From: the human T2T-CHM13v2.0 reference genome, Homo sapiens
Strand: one strand, 5' to 3'
DNA: 64,000 nt
Assembly: GCF_009914755.1 (NCBI RefSeq)
Contig: NC_060936.1
The position numbers were made by a program, and so were the translations under genes. The notes below the pieces were generated by a model that was not told the DNA's origin, ran no database searches, and worked only from the letters and a program-made list of their open reading frames with translations. This document shows positions 1 through 64,000 of the stretch, one piece after another (positions within the stretch are counted from its first letter, which is position 1; every line of letters starts with the position of its first letter).

Positions 1-4239
<4,239 letters not shown>

Positions 4240-4600
4240 TAGCTCTTTCCTCCTGAGCACATGCTGGACTCCATTTCCCAGCCTCCTTTGCTGCTACGGA
4301 CAGTCATGTGATTGAGTTCTGATCAGTGGAATGTGGGCAGATGGAATACGCACCACTTCTAGGTCTGGCCCCCGCCCAAAAAACTCTTACATGATCTTCT
4401 ACTCTCTTTCATTCCTCACTTGCCAGAGGGATGCAATGGCTCTAATGGAGAACACTGAAATTCTCCCTTAGGGAATAGTGGAGCTACTGAATCACTGTGA
4501 GAAAGGCTTAAGGTCGACTGTGCATGGGACTGTGATGCAAGCCAGAAATGAACTTTTATTGTGCTGAGCCACTGAAATGCTGAGGTCATGGTTATAGCAG
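4240..4600 (+). mobile_element. MaLR (MLT1-type) LTR
   Basis: catttcccagcctcctttgc...catgtgattgagttctg and terminal tgtgctgagccactgaaat...ttatagcag. Confidence 0.7.
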
Positions 4601-4761
4601 CTCACCTAAGTATTAGTCAGGCTAAGCCTAGAATATGCTTCAGTAACAGCCTACCCTCAAAACCTGAAAACAATAAAGATTTACTACTCCATTTTGTCTG
4701 TGTTCTTCACGGTCATTCAGGGACCCAGGCTGAGTGAGGCTCTATTTTGACACATGCTTCA

Positions 4762-4887
<126 letters not shown>

Positions 4888-5879
4888 TCATCTGCACTAA
4901 AAATACAAAAAATTAGATGGGCATGGTGACAGGTGCCTGTAATCCCAGCTACTCAGGAGGCTGAGGCAGGACAGTTGCTCGAACCTGGGAGGTGGAGGTT
5001 GCCATGAGTGGAGATTGCGCCACTGCACTGCAGCTTGGGTGACAGAGCGACACTCTGTCTCAGTTAAAAACAAAACAAAACAAAACAAAACCCACCAAAT
5101 TGGGAAAAGCGAAAGGTTAGAGTAAAACACGGGAAATTAAATGCTTTGTCCTAGGAGTGACACATATTACTTCCATGCACAACAGATTGACAAGACCTCA
5201 TCACATGGCCCTATTGAATCTGGAAGTTCTGATTCCCCTGTGTTTGGAAGGAGACGAGGAACCACTGAGAAGCTCTAATGACTGTCCTGACAAATGGTCC
5301 CTAAAGCAGGTGTTACTTCTACTGGAGCAGCCTCTCTTCTTCCTCTCTGTAACAGATGTTGGCTGTTTTGGCCAGCCCAGCATCCATTTCCCCTTCCTCT
5401 GGGAAAAGCACCTCAGTTTTCCTTGGAAGAAATATCCCTCCCTTACCACCTTAGTTGCTGTCAATCAATGTGCCCTGCACATTGCTGTCTTAGATGTAGG
5501 CATGTGACTTGCAATTGACTAATCAGATTCTCTTATGGGAGTTTGGGACTTGAGCAGGCTGATCAAGGATGGGAGCGTTATTTGGAGCTAATTTGCCAAA
5601 CCCAAGAGACTAAACATTACCTCATGTCTATACCTTCCAGAGTTTCACTCATCACCTCATTCCTCCCCTATCCTAAGTTGAGTTGGTCAACTTTCCTTTG
5701 ATCACCTTTTAGAATATTATTTATTTTCCTTATTTAGCCACAGTTGATTTCTGTTGCTTGCAATCAGAGAAGTCTGTCAATACCTCATAAGCATTGTTGG
5801 CAAAAATGTTCTAAGTCAGAGTTCTGATCATGTCACTTTTTTGCTAAAAATCTCTTGATGGCTTCCTGTTGTCTGTAGC

Positions 5880-6060
5880 TGGAGTCAGTAAACATTTTCT
5901 GTAAGGGGTCAGATAGTAAATATTTTATGTTTTGTGTGGTCTCTGGTGGTTACTCGCTCTGATGTTGTATCATGAAAGCAGCTACAGACAATAGGTAGAC
6001 ATATGGATATGGTTGTGTTCCAATAAAACTTTATTTACAAAAAAGTCATTGCTGACCTGT
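5880..6060 (+). mobile_element. MER58A-like hAT-Charlie element
   Basis: aaacattttctgtaaggggtcagatagtaaatatttt...gttccaataaaactttatttacaaaaa. Confidence 0.75.
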
Positions 6061-6109
6061 GGTCTCCAGAATAAAGTGAAACTTACTGTGGCGTAGAAGA
6101 CCATATGTT

Positions 6110-7908
<1,799 letters not shown>

Positions 7909-8323
7909 TAAGCCCCTGGATTCAGCTATACCTGAACATCTACCCCTTTTTAGCTTAAGCCAGGCTGAGTTCTCCTAGGATAACTCTCATGATGTCTTCC
8001 CATGGCCTTGCTCACTCCTCCTTTGGAAGCAGAATTAGCTTAATCTGAATGCTCAGTTTGGAAGGACAAACTGGGCATGCTTTACCCAGCCACTTCCCCT
8101 CCCCTTTCTCTTGGGAACCAGCTCTTCTGCCCCCTTCTACCATAGTTTTATATGATCAGGGTCTGCCCACAGAAGCCCACTCTCATCCTGAAGTATCTGT
8201 GAGGGCAAATCACAAAACCGGCTCGGTATGTGTAATTCCGTGCTTCGGTATTCTGTGCAACCATATTTGGCTACATCTATAAGCCACATTCCCAACATTC
8301 ACTTATAAGTCATCCTTATAATA

Positions 8324-8653
8324 CTGTCGTGCACCACATGACAATGTTTCAGTCAACGATGGACCACATATACAGCAGCGGTCTCTTGAAATGATAATAC
8401 CACATTTTTACTTTACCTTTTCTATGTTTAGATACACAAATGCCTGTGTGTCACAATTGCCTACAGTATTCAGTACAGTCACATGCTGTGCAGGTTTGTA
8501 GCCTAGGAGAAATAGGCTGTACCCTATGGCCTTGGTGTGCAGACTATACTGTCTAGTTTTGTGTAAGTAGATGCTGTGATGTTTGCACAACCACAAAATT
8601 GCCACCCATATGTTTCTCAGAATGTATTGCTGTCATCAAGTAACACATGACTG
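8324..8653 (+). mobile_element. Tigger3a/MER7A-like TcMar MITE
   Basis: Imperfect TIRs (ctgtcgtgcaccacatgac / gtcatcaagtaacacatgactg) flanked by TA. Confidence 0.75.
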
Positions 8654-8809
8654 TATTTAGATATTCCATCTTCTTTACTCTTTTTTCTTATTTTTTCACT
8701 CTTGGTTTACAATTCAGGACAGGAGTTTGTATCAGTCAGAAAAATAAAACACACTCCAGGTCTTTCCAACAGAAAGGTTTTAATGTAGGAAACTGGTTAA
8801 AATATGCAT

Positions 8810-9150
8810 TAGTATCTATTGCTGTGTAAGAAGTTAGCTCAAAACATAGTGACCTAAAACAGCAATAATCATTTATTGTCTTTCATGGTTTCTGCAGGTC
8901 CAGAATTTGGGAGCAACATGTCTGAGCAGTTCTGACACATGGTTTTTCATGATATTGCAGTCAAGATATCAGCTGGGGCTGTGGTCATCTGAAGGCTCGA
9001 CTGGGGCTGGGGAATCTTGCATGGCTGTTGGTGAGAATCCACAGCTTCTAGCCACAGGGGGTCTCTCCCAGAGCTGCTTGAGTGTCCTCATGACATGATA
9101 GCTAGTTTCCCAGAGAAAGTGATTCAAGGGAACAAGGCAACAATGCCTTT
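8810..9150 (-). mobile_element. MLT1-type LTR fragment
   Basis: attgctgtgtaagaagttagctcaaaacatagtgacctaaaacagc motif. Confidence 0.65.
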
Positions 9151-9248
9151 TAAAAAAAGTTATGCAGGCTGGGTGCAGGGGCTCATGCCTGTAATCTCAG
9201 CACTTTGAGAGAACAAGGTGGGCAGCTCACTTGAGATCAGGAGTTTGA

Positions 9249-9404
<156 letters not shown>

Positions 9405-9525
9405 TAGTAGAGACGGGGTTTTGCCATGTTGGCCAAGCTGGTCTCAAACTCCTGCCTCAATTGATCCGTTTGCCTCAGCCTCCCAAAGTGCTAGGATTAT
9501 AGGTGTGAGCTACTGCACTCTGCCA

Positions 9526-10272
9526 AATGTGTATAGCAGCATTAATAATAGCCAAAATGTGGAAACAACTCAAATATCCGTAGACAAAATGTGGTGCATG
9601 CATACCATGGAATATGATTCAGCCACAAAAAGAAATGAAATCCTGACACACACTACAATGTAGATGAACCTTTAAACATCATGCCAAGAGAAGGAAGCCA
9701 GTCACAAGAGGCCACATACTATATGATTCTACTCCAAATCCACAGAACAGAAAGTAGACAGTGGTTGCCAGGGCTGGGCAGAGGAGGGATTGGGGAATGA
9801 CTGCTAATGGGTACAGGGTTTCTTTTTTGGGGCAATAAGATGTTTTGAAATTAGATAGTGGTGATGTTTGAACAACTCTGAGAATATACCAGAAACCACT
9901 GAAGTATAACACTTTATTTATTTATTTTGAGACGAAGTCTCGCTCTGTTGCCCAGGATGGAGTACAGTGGTGCAATCTCGGCTCACTACCACCTCCACCT
10001 CCTGGGTTCAAGTGACTCTCCTGCCTCAGCCTCCTGAGTAGCTAGGACTACAGGCGTACACCACCACGCCTGGCTAATTTTTTTTTTTTTTTGTATTTTT
10101 AGAAGAGATGGGGTTTCACCATGTTGGCCAGGCTGGTCTTGAACTCCTGACCTCAAGCAATCCGCCCACCTCGGCCTCCCAAAATGCTAGGATTACAGGC
10201 ATGAGCCACCGCATCTGCCATATAACACTTTAAAAGGATGGATTTTATGGTATATGAATTGTATCTCAATAA
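9526..10272 (+). mobile_element. Old L1 (L1M-type) 3' end interrupted by antisense Alu (9913-10220)
   Basis: atggaatatgattcagccacaaaaagaaatgaaatcctg... to tatatgaattgtatctcaataa. Confidence 0.8.
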
Positions 10273-10501
10273 GGCAGGATGAAAAGGGAGGGAAGCAGAG
10301 AGGGCCCAGTTCATGTTGCACCTCACTGACCACTGATTACCACCTGGTCAGTTCTGGGCCAGACGGCAGTTAAGAGGTTCATTCATTATCCATCAGATAT
10401 GTATGGAGTACCCACCATGTGCCAGCTGTTTGTCCTGTTGGATGATTCATGCACCTGATGGCACATGAGCTCATGCCAATCAATCTGTGGTGATAACCTT
10501 A

Positions 10502-13193
<2,692 letters not shown>

Positions 13194-13347
13194 TTAAGGA
13201 TAGAGGAAGAGGCTCTAGGCTGTCTCCCTCCAGTGACGGCACTGGAGTCACATTACAGAACTGACCTGCCAGGGAAAGCAGGATGTCTGCCAGTCTGGAA
13301 GATGGGGAAGTAGGGGATCACCAGTAGAACTCTTCAGTTCAATAATA

Positions 13348-15079
<1,732 letters not shown>

Positions 15080-15776
15080 TACACTGTCATAGTCGGGAAA
15101 ACTTCATCACTGCAGCTGCTCCTGTTTCTTGAAACCTGAAGCGGGAAACTGGATCCTGGGACACTACTGCCCCCTATCGCCTGTTGGTCTTCAAAGAAAT
15201 AATCCCTTCAATTTTGCAAGGCCTGTGGTGTCATTCCCTTTTAACAGATAAGGAAACCGAGGCCAGGACGTGGTGGAAAATAATCAAGGTCACACATCTA
15301 TGTGCAAAAGTGGAGTAACAACCCAGGCTCCTCATTCCCAGGTCAGTCCAGTGACCTCAATTGACATGAAATGTGTGAGGTCCTTCTGTGGCCCTGTGGC
15401 AGGGCCTGAAGAGGACAGCGTATGTAAATCAAGTCTTGTGCCTTCATGAGTGAGGCAGAGTAGAAAATAACAGTAATTCACTAGGACCGAATCTGCATTG
15501 TAAACAGAGAGGAAGGGGCTAGTATTTGGCAGAAGGATGTCAAGGAACATTTTAGAGATAAGAGGTGACATTTGGGTTCTGAGGGATGAGTAGGAGTGTG
15601 CCAGGGTGCAAAGGATGAAAAGACAGCTCTAGCAGCTGGTAAGGGCTAAGGGGCATGGAGAAACAGCAAGACTTTGGGGAACTGGTAGAATTCTAATTCT
15701 GGAAAATTTGAACAAGGTAATTTTTTGTGTGTGGTTAAGGTATTACATACATACAGTAAAATAAAATGCAATAGTT

Positions 15777-17100
<1,324 letters not shown>

Positions 17101-17234
17101 TCAACTCCTATCGCTGCCTGCAAATGTTTCGCCATCTTCTTGGACAATCCTAAGAGGGCATTGCAGAGGCTTCCGGACACTGTCGTTTTCCTGGGAAGTC
17201 CACAGGAACTTTAGCTTGGACGAGAAAGGACTAG

Positions 17235-29593
<12,359 letters not shown>

Positions 29594-30982
29594 AAAGCCT
29601 CTTCCTGATGATCCCAACTCAGAATTCACTGTTTACCAAACACCTTGGTCATAATAATGTCATTAGTTTCTCCATTTTTATTTTCTGAACTGTACATTCA
29701 CAACTTATGTTTCTTTGAGATTAATAGATATTGGGGGAAAAACGCCTTTTTAGGAAAATTATAGTGAAAATTTGACAGTTGATTGGCATAATTTCTTGTT
29801 TGAATGCTGCCTCCATTATATAGGTCCTTCCAGGAACTCAAACACTGTAAGTGAAATATGGGAGTATAGTTTTTATTATTTCTTCTTTTCCTTTTGTTTT
29901 CATAATATAATGCAGTTTGTTCAGGAAATCAGCACAAAGCCTGATAGTACTTTACTAAAATGACTGCATTCTTTGGATTCCTTCAGTCTATGGTTCAAGT
30001 CACTAAAGATTCATTTTTGTTGAGTCCTTATGAGAAACAGCAGTATGAATCTTGACGGTTTCTGCCCGTCCTAATGGCAGAGCTCTCTGACTTGGGTGTA
30101 TGCTGCCAGGCTGGGTACTTTCATACTTTGTTTTCTTGTTTTGCTTTAAAACTACGACTCAGCATACATTTTCCCACATACATTTTTACATTGTACCTTA
30201 GGACTCAGTCATCTCCACTTAAATTGATGACACAAGCAGCTAATAACCATTTCTGGGTTTCTGCCTAACCCCCTAATTGTCTGTTAAAGCCAATTCTCTG
30301 GGTGTCCCAGTGAGTGGTGGCTTTTTTTCTTTCCACATTGGCACATTCACTTCTCCCACTCTTGGCATGTAAGAAATAAGCATTTACATAATTGGAAAAA
30401 TCTGGATTTCTGATGCCAAAGGGTTAAAGCTTCTTGGATTTCATTTCATTGATATACAGCCACTATTTTATTTTTGATCAGTGGCCTTTGGGCCACTGTT
30501 CAGGGTACTGACCATCAGTGTCAGCATTAGGGTTTTGGTTTTTGTTTCTTTTGGGTATTTCTTTTTTGGCACATGTGAATCTTGTTTTGTGTAAAATGAA
30601 ATTACTTTCTCTTGTTCTCTGATGATGGGTTTAAAATTAAAAGAGCATCCGGTTTTGGTATGGGGATGATCCAGGATTATGTTGTGACTGATACATATTA
30701 GTTACTTGTGCTTTTTTTTTTTTTTTTTGGATCTTTGCAAGGGCAAAACTACAAGTAACGAGTTTTATATAATTAATTTAAATTTGTTACAGGTTTTCAT
30801 GTTCAGGATAAACCATACTTCCACCTTGGGTGAGAACACTTGCAACAGTTTATTAATGAGGTGACTTTCACCTTAGGACAACTGTTGCATGCCAAGTTTT
30901 TTGTGTGTGTGAAACACTTCAAAACTGATTTAAAAGATGTAAATTTAAAATTGGTTGTATCTAATATGCCCCAGGTTCGGTA

Positions 30983-30988
30983 AATAAA
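30983..30988 (+). terminator. Likely TMED2 polyadenylation signal (AATAAA); 3' UTR ~1.4 kb
   Basis: AATAAA followed by GT/T-rich downstream element (tctgtgtttt); alternatives ATTAAA 30636 and AATAAA 31423. Confidence 0.7.
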
Positions 30989-32511
30989 CAATTCTTTTTA
31001 AAAACAGTATTCTGTGTTTTATATATTGACAGCTAATCCACATTTTTTACACACCAACTTTCTGTTCTTATTTGACATGAGACATGTTCATGTTTTCTGA
31101 GTATTTATACCTATTACGTCTGTTACTTTTTAATTCTATAAACTTGAGGATAGTGAATGGTACCAAGTTTTAGTTTCTGCATAGGTTTTCCAGTGTGGCT
31201 TCTCTGATGGATCAGTGCTAAAATCTTAAGTATTTTTCTATTTGGGAAAAAAGGGTTGAATTATTTTCACTTGCCCACGTAGTTTATGAATGTGGGAAAT
31301 AGCTTCAAAGACAGATTAAATGATTTGCCCAAGGCCACAGAAAAGAGTGAAAGGTGGAACCGGAGACTAGATCACCACCTGTAGAAACTGTTCTTCCTCT
31401 GTGAAACTAACGGCCTGCTGGTAATAAAAGTAGCTACCATTTCTTGAGTACTGTGTAATGTCTCGATCTAGTACTAAGCACTTTACTTGGTCTGTCTTAT
31501 TCATGCTTCAAAACTGCCATTACCTTGGGTAAAACCATTTTGGAAGTGAGGAGGAAAACAGGCTTGGAAAGGGTCTTAAGGTCAGAAAACTAGTAGGTAG
31601 TAGAGCCCAGAAGACACACACAGATATGTAATTTCCCTGTGCCTTTGCTTTCAGAACTGTCTGTGAAGTCTCCCACCTTTTCTTTTTTTGGAGACAGGAT
31701 CTCACTCTGTTCCCAGGTTGGCTTGATCTCTGCTCACTGAAGCCTCAACCTCCCGGGCTCAAGTGATCCTACCACCTCAGCTCTCCAAGTAGCTGGGACT
31801 ACATTTTTTGTTTTTTAAAGACAGGGTCTTGCTTTGTTACCTGGACTGGAGTGCAGTGGCACAAACATGGCTCACTGGAACCTTAACCTCTCAAGTGATC
31901 CTCTCATCTCAGCCTCCCGAGTAGCTGGGACCACAGGCATGCACCACCACGCCTAGCTAATTAAAAAATTATTTTTGTAGAGGCAGAGTCTCCTGTATGT
32001 TGCCCAGGCTGGCCTCATTCTCCTGGGCTCAAGTGATCCTCCTGCCTCAGCCTCCCAAAGTGTTGGGATTGCAGACATGAGCCACCGTGCCTAGCCGAAG
32101 TCCCATTTTATAAAAGTTGTCAAAGGTGTTTTGAGAATGTGATGATCATTTCACTGAAAATGTGGCTTCAGGCTGTTGTCTTTTACTTAATTTGAGATGA
32201 CTGCAGTCTGCATGAATTGTATTCCCATTTATCAATCCCACAAATATTTGAGTGATTGCTGTGTGCTACAGTGATAGTCCTTGGGATAAAGAAGATAGAG
32301 AAAAGACCCTATTAGTGTGGGTTTTACATTTTGGTGGCAGAGATGAACCTAATAAGTTTTGTGTGTGTGTGTGTGTGTTTGTGTGTGTGTGGCGAGAAAG
32401 AGATAATGGTAAATGCTAAGAAGGGAACATAAATCAAGGTAGGAGTTTCAGTGATACAGAAAGGAAGGTAACAGAAGTTGATTTCAAAAGTCCAAGTGGA
32501 ATGTAAGGGAG

Positions 32512-34012
<1,501 letters not shown>

Positions 34013-34097
34013 GGAGCAAGCCATGCACATAGGTGGAGGAGATAGGCCCTCATAGAGGGCACATAATGAGTGGTCAATAAAAGTTTGCTGAGTGAAG

Positions 34098-34408
34098 GCC
34101 GGGCGCGGTGGCTCACGCCTGTAATCCCAGCACTTTGGGAGGCCGAGGCGGGCGGATCACGAGGTCAGGAAATCGAGACCATCCTGGCTAACACGGTGAA
34201 ACCCCGTCTCTACTAAAAATACAAAAAATTAGCCGGGCGTGGTGGAGGGCGCCTGCAGTCCCAGGTACTCGGGAGGCTGAGGCAGGAGAAGGGCGTGAAC
34301 CCGGGAGGCGGAGCTTGCAGTGAACCGTTATAGCGCCCAGCCTCCAGCCTGGGCAACAGAGCGAGACTCCGTCTCAAACAACAACAACAACAACAACAAC
34401 AAAAAAAA
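34098..34408 (+). mobile_element. AluY-like element, CpG-rich, (CAA)n tail
   Basis: Diagnostic GAGACCATCCTGGCTAACACGG and GGCGTGAACCCGGGAGGCGGAGCTTGC. Confidence 0.9.
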
Positions 34409-35012
34409 CAGCTTTCTGAGTGAAGTTGTATGTGGACATGAATGGCCCAGGCAAACAGTGAACAGAGGAATGGGACAGTGTTCTTAGTTAGGACTCTGAC
34501 CCTAACTTCCGGGAAAGTAAACCAACATTCAGGACGTACCGGCCATCGGACCGCAACATTCAGGACGTACCGGCCATCAGCGGGTGCCTGTTTTGCAGGG
34601 CTGCTAACCCGGGTCCCCGACACGTTTCTCTGCCCACGGTAGCCAGCCCCGCTGTCCTTCGGCCTGGACGCGGTCCTGTGCTGCCACCTGCCTCCGAGGG
34701 GCAGAGAAAGTGGGAGGGCCGGGCCAGAATCCCTCCCGCCAAAACTCCTGCCCGGTGCGGAGAGATGCCCGGAGCCCAGGGCGCTGTGCGGAGCGGGTGT
34801 AACTCCCCAGGCCTGCCCCGCCGCCTGCCTCCACCGTCCCGCGGACGCCTTTCCTCCCTCCCGCGGCGTGGGAGCCTTCGCCGCGCTCCGGAACTCTGCT
34901 GCTCCAGCGAAGTTCCCGGCCGGCCGCTGGAGCTGCCGGAAGCGGAAGTGCTCGTTGGGGGTGCACAAGGCGCGTTCGAGCAGCGGCGACCGACGCGGCG
35001 AAGGAGCGCGCC

Positions 35013-53006
<17,994 letters not shown>

Positions 53007-53202
53007 TTCCAGTGCCACAGATGAACCCACAAGGACATAGCTGTTCCCTAACTTGGTGGATGGCTCCAGTTTGCTTTTAACGAAAATCACAACTTCAGGA
53101 GACATCTGAAAAGAATGATGTCTCTGAAAGCTGTCCTTTCAGATGAGGGAGAAATGAAGGATTTCACACTTCAGAATATTTTACTAAAAACATTCCAGTC
53201 TT

Positions 53203-53340
53203 GGCCGGGTGCGGTGGCTCCTGCCTATAATCCCAGCACTTTGGGAGGCTGAGGCAGGAGGATCACTTGAGCCCAGGAGTTCAAGACCAGCCTGGGAACA
53301 CAGCGAGACCCTCTCATTAAAAACAACAAAACAAAACAAT
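53203..53340 (+). mobile_element. Alu monomer (FLAM-type) in DDX55 3' UTR
   Basis: Single arm flanked by TSD-like ttccagtcttgg on both sides. Confidence 0.85.
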
Positions 53341-53442
53341 TCCAGTCTTGGAGTAGTCTAACAGAAGAAAATGTAAAATTATTTGAGTGTAAATAATAGA
53401 TGTCAGTATTTATCATGATGGGTCACATATAGACATATGTAC

Positions 53443-53446
<4 letters not shown>

Positions 53447-53492
<46 letters not shown>
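53447..53492. repeat. (TA)23 microsatellite in DDX55 3' UTR
   Basis: Uninterrupted TA run. Confidence 0.95.
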
Positions 53493-53494
<2 letters not shown>

Positions 53495-53781
53495 CTCTTT
53501 TTTCTGAGGCTATTTTATAGTTATTTTTAAACATAAAGATACAGAAGTCTTCTTGACTTCTGATTTTCAAAACCATTCCTCAGTATCTTCAGGCATTTGA
53601 CCTCCTGAATGTGCTTGGCCCTGGGCTTCAGTTATCCTTTGATGTCCTGCAGGGGTGGCTAATGTGCTGGGGTTTTTCTGTGTTAATAGTCACAGTATTG
53701 TTTTATTGGTGAATAGCTGAAAAACAGAGGGATTAAGTCATATTCCGGGAAAGAGAATTATAGTTTTTATGCCTCCTGTTG

Positions 53782-53787
53782 AATAAA
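53782..53787 (+). terminator. Likely DDX55 poly(A) signal
   Basis: AATAAA with downstream GT-rich tract. Confidence 0.7.
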
Positions 53788-53904
53788 TGGTGTCCTGATT
53801 GCCTGGGTCTTAAGTGTGTAAATGTAGCTGGACAGTGTTTTCCCCTAGATGGCCTGGTCAGCTTGCAGTATTGATGCAACACCACATCAGCGTCTTTCAT
53901 AGAG

Positions 53905-53931
53905 TTTATTTGAAAAGATGCTGAATTTATT
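53905..53931 (-). terminator. Two tandem AATAAA signals, likely EIF2B1 poly(A) site
   Basis: TTTATT on + at 53905-53910 and 53926-53931. Confidence 0.65.
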
Positions 53932-54619
53932 CCCAAGTATAATTTTAAAAAGCTGTTTAGGACCCAAACATATTTAAACATCTCTTACACATACAGAATT
54001 TCAGTTTACAAATATTCCAGAAGGCATTTTCTTAAGCAGTGAACCATGCAGAATACTGTTGCTAAACATCGTTTCTGCCTTCCTCGTGTTCTCTTGGTAG
54101 TTTTTACTGTTTGGCTTGATCCTGCTGAGGAATGTGCTTACCACTGGAAGCCAGATGCAGATTCGGCAAGTGTTTCTTGCCTCTTACAAGGCACCGCGTG
54201 TAACGTCCTGACCAGCTGTTGGTCATTTGTGGCAGAGGGGTGTGGCTGCTTTTCGCCTGCATCTCGCGTGCTTTAGGCAGATCAGTCTGGAGTGCAGGGG
54301 AGGATGAAGACAGGTGGACTTGGGCTCATCTTTCATCAGTTAAGTAGCCAATTATCTAACTTGTATTTCTGGAAACTGAAAAGGAAAGTTTCTAGAAACC
54401 GTAAGAACAATTTAAGTTGGGATTTAGAATAGCTGACACATTTTTAGATGGGACTGAAATGAGTAAGAAAGGTTCTCCAAGATGTATGATTTTAAGTCCT
54501 TACTCCATAAATCTTCATTAAACACATCTCAGTTTTGGCCTGACTCACTGGGGTGTCAAGCAGCTACTCACCCTGCCTCAACTACGTAAGCTGCACCTTG
54601 GCAGGAAAGGGCTCACAGG

Positions 54620-63397
<8,778 letters not shown>

Positions 63398-64000
63398 CTG
63401 GAATGATCCAACAAGGAATGTGATGTTCACATTAGGGCCACAGCCCCGACCTGTATCTTCAATTCATTCATTCATTCAGTGAATATTTACTAGGTACATA
63501 CTATATACCAGGCACTATTCTAGATGCTAGGGATACATCAGTGAACAAGACAGGTAGGGTTCTGCTGTGATGGAGTTTTGATTGTAATAGAGGAAGCGGA
63601 TAGTAAACAAGCACACATAGAAATAAAGCTGGGTGGCTGGGCATGGTGGCTCACGCCTGTAATCTCAGCACTTTGGGAGGCTGAGGCATGGAAAGACATT
63701 AAGTAGCAGCGGCAGATGAGGTCTGCAAGGTGGTATGGGTGAGGCTAAGGTTGTTTGGATGTTATTTTAAGAACAATGGGAAGACACTGGAGGTTGCCTT
63801 AAAGACATGTGTCTCTAGGCAAGCCCTTCAGATTAAAGGCTGCATTATTATTTTGCTTATACAAGATTTCATGCTATACCCAGATGCTTACATTTAGGGT
63901 GCTGAATTAGGGGATCACAATAAATAATACTAATACCAGAATTTATTCTGGAATATTCCCTGTAGCATCTGTACAGAATCTGGCACAAGGTGGAGGCCTA

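Overview
Eukaryotic (human/primate) genomic DNA, very Alu-dense, that I recognise as the TMED2-DDX55-EIF2B1 locus. Positions 1-17,100 are almost entirely interspersed repeats: Alu clusters, MaLR LTRs, L1/L2 fragments and Tigger/MER DNA transposons. A CpG-island promoter then drives TMED2 (+; 4 coding exons, 17499-29593, 201 aa, plus an in-frame 21-nt microexon at 20473-20493). A second CpG island drives DDX55 (+; 14 coding exons, 35013-53006, 600 aa, all DEAD-box motifs), which carries an H/ACA snoRNA copy (SNORA9-like, 49574-49706) in intron 10. EIF2B1 (-; exons 3-9 in the window, 63397-54620) converges tail-to-tail with DDX55. Exon boundaries were read by hand, and the exon sums close exactly in frame (606 nt for TMED2, 1803 nt for DDX55). 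I see no new protein system; nearly all other ORF-track entries are Alu or GC-rich artefacts. The most notable items are: a ~250-bp templated duplication inserted into an Alu in TMED2's last intron; two GC-AG introns in EIF2B1; the retroposed snoRNA in a 60S-biogenesis helicase gene; the TMED2 microexon; an in-frame (GGC)8 in the TMED2 5' UTR; and odd splice sites at DDX55 exons 8 and 12. Repeat family names come from recalled consensus motifs, and their boundaries are approximate.
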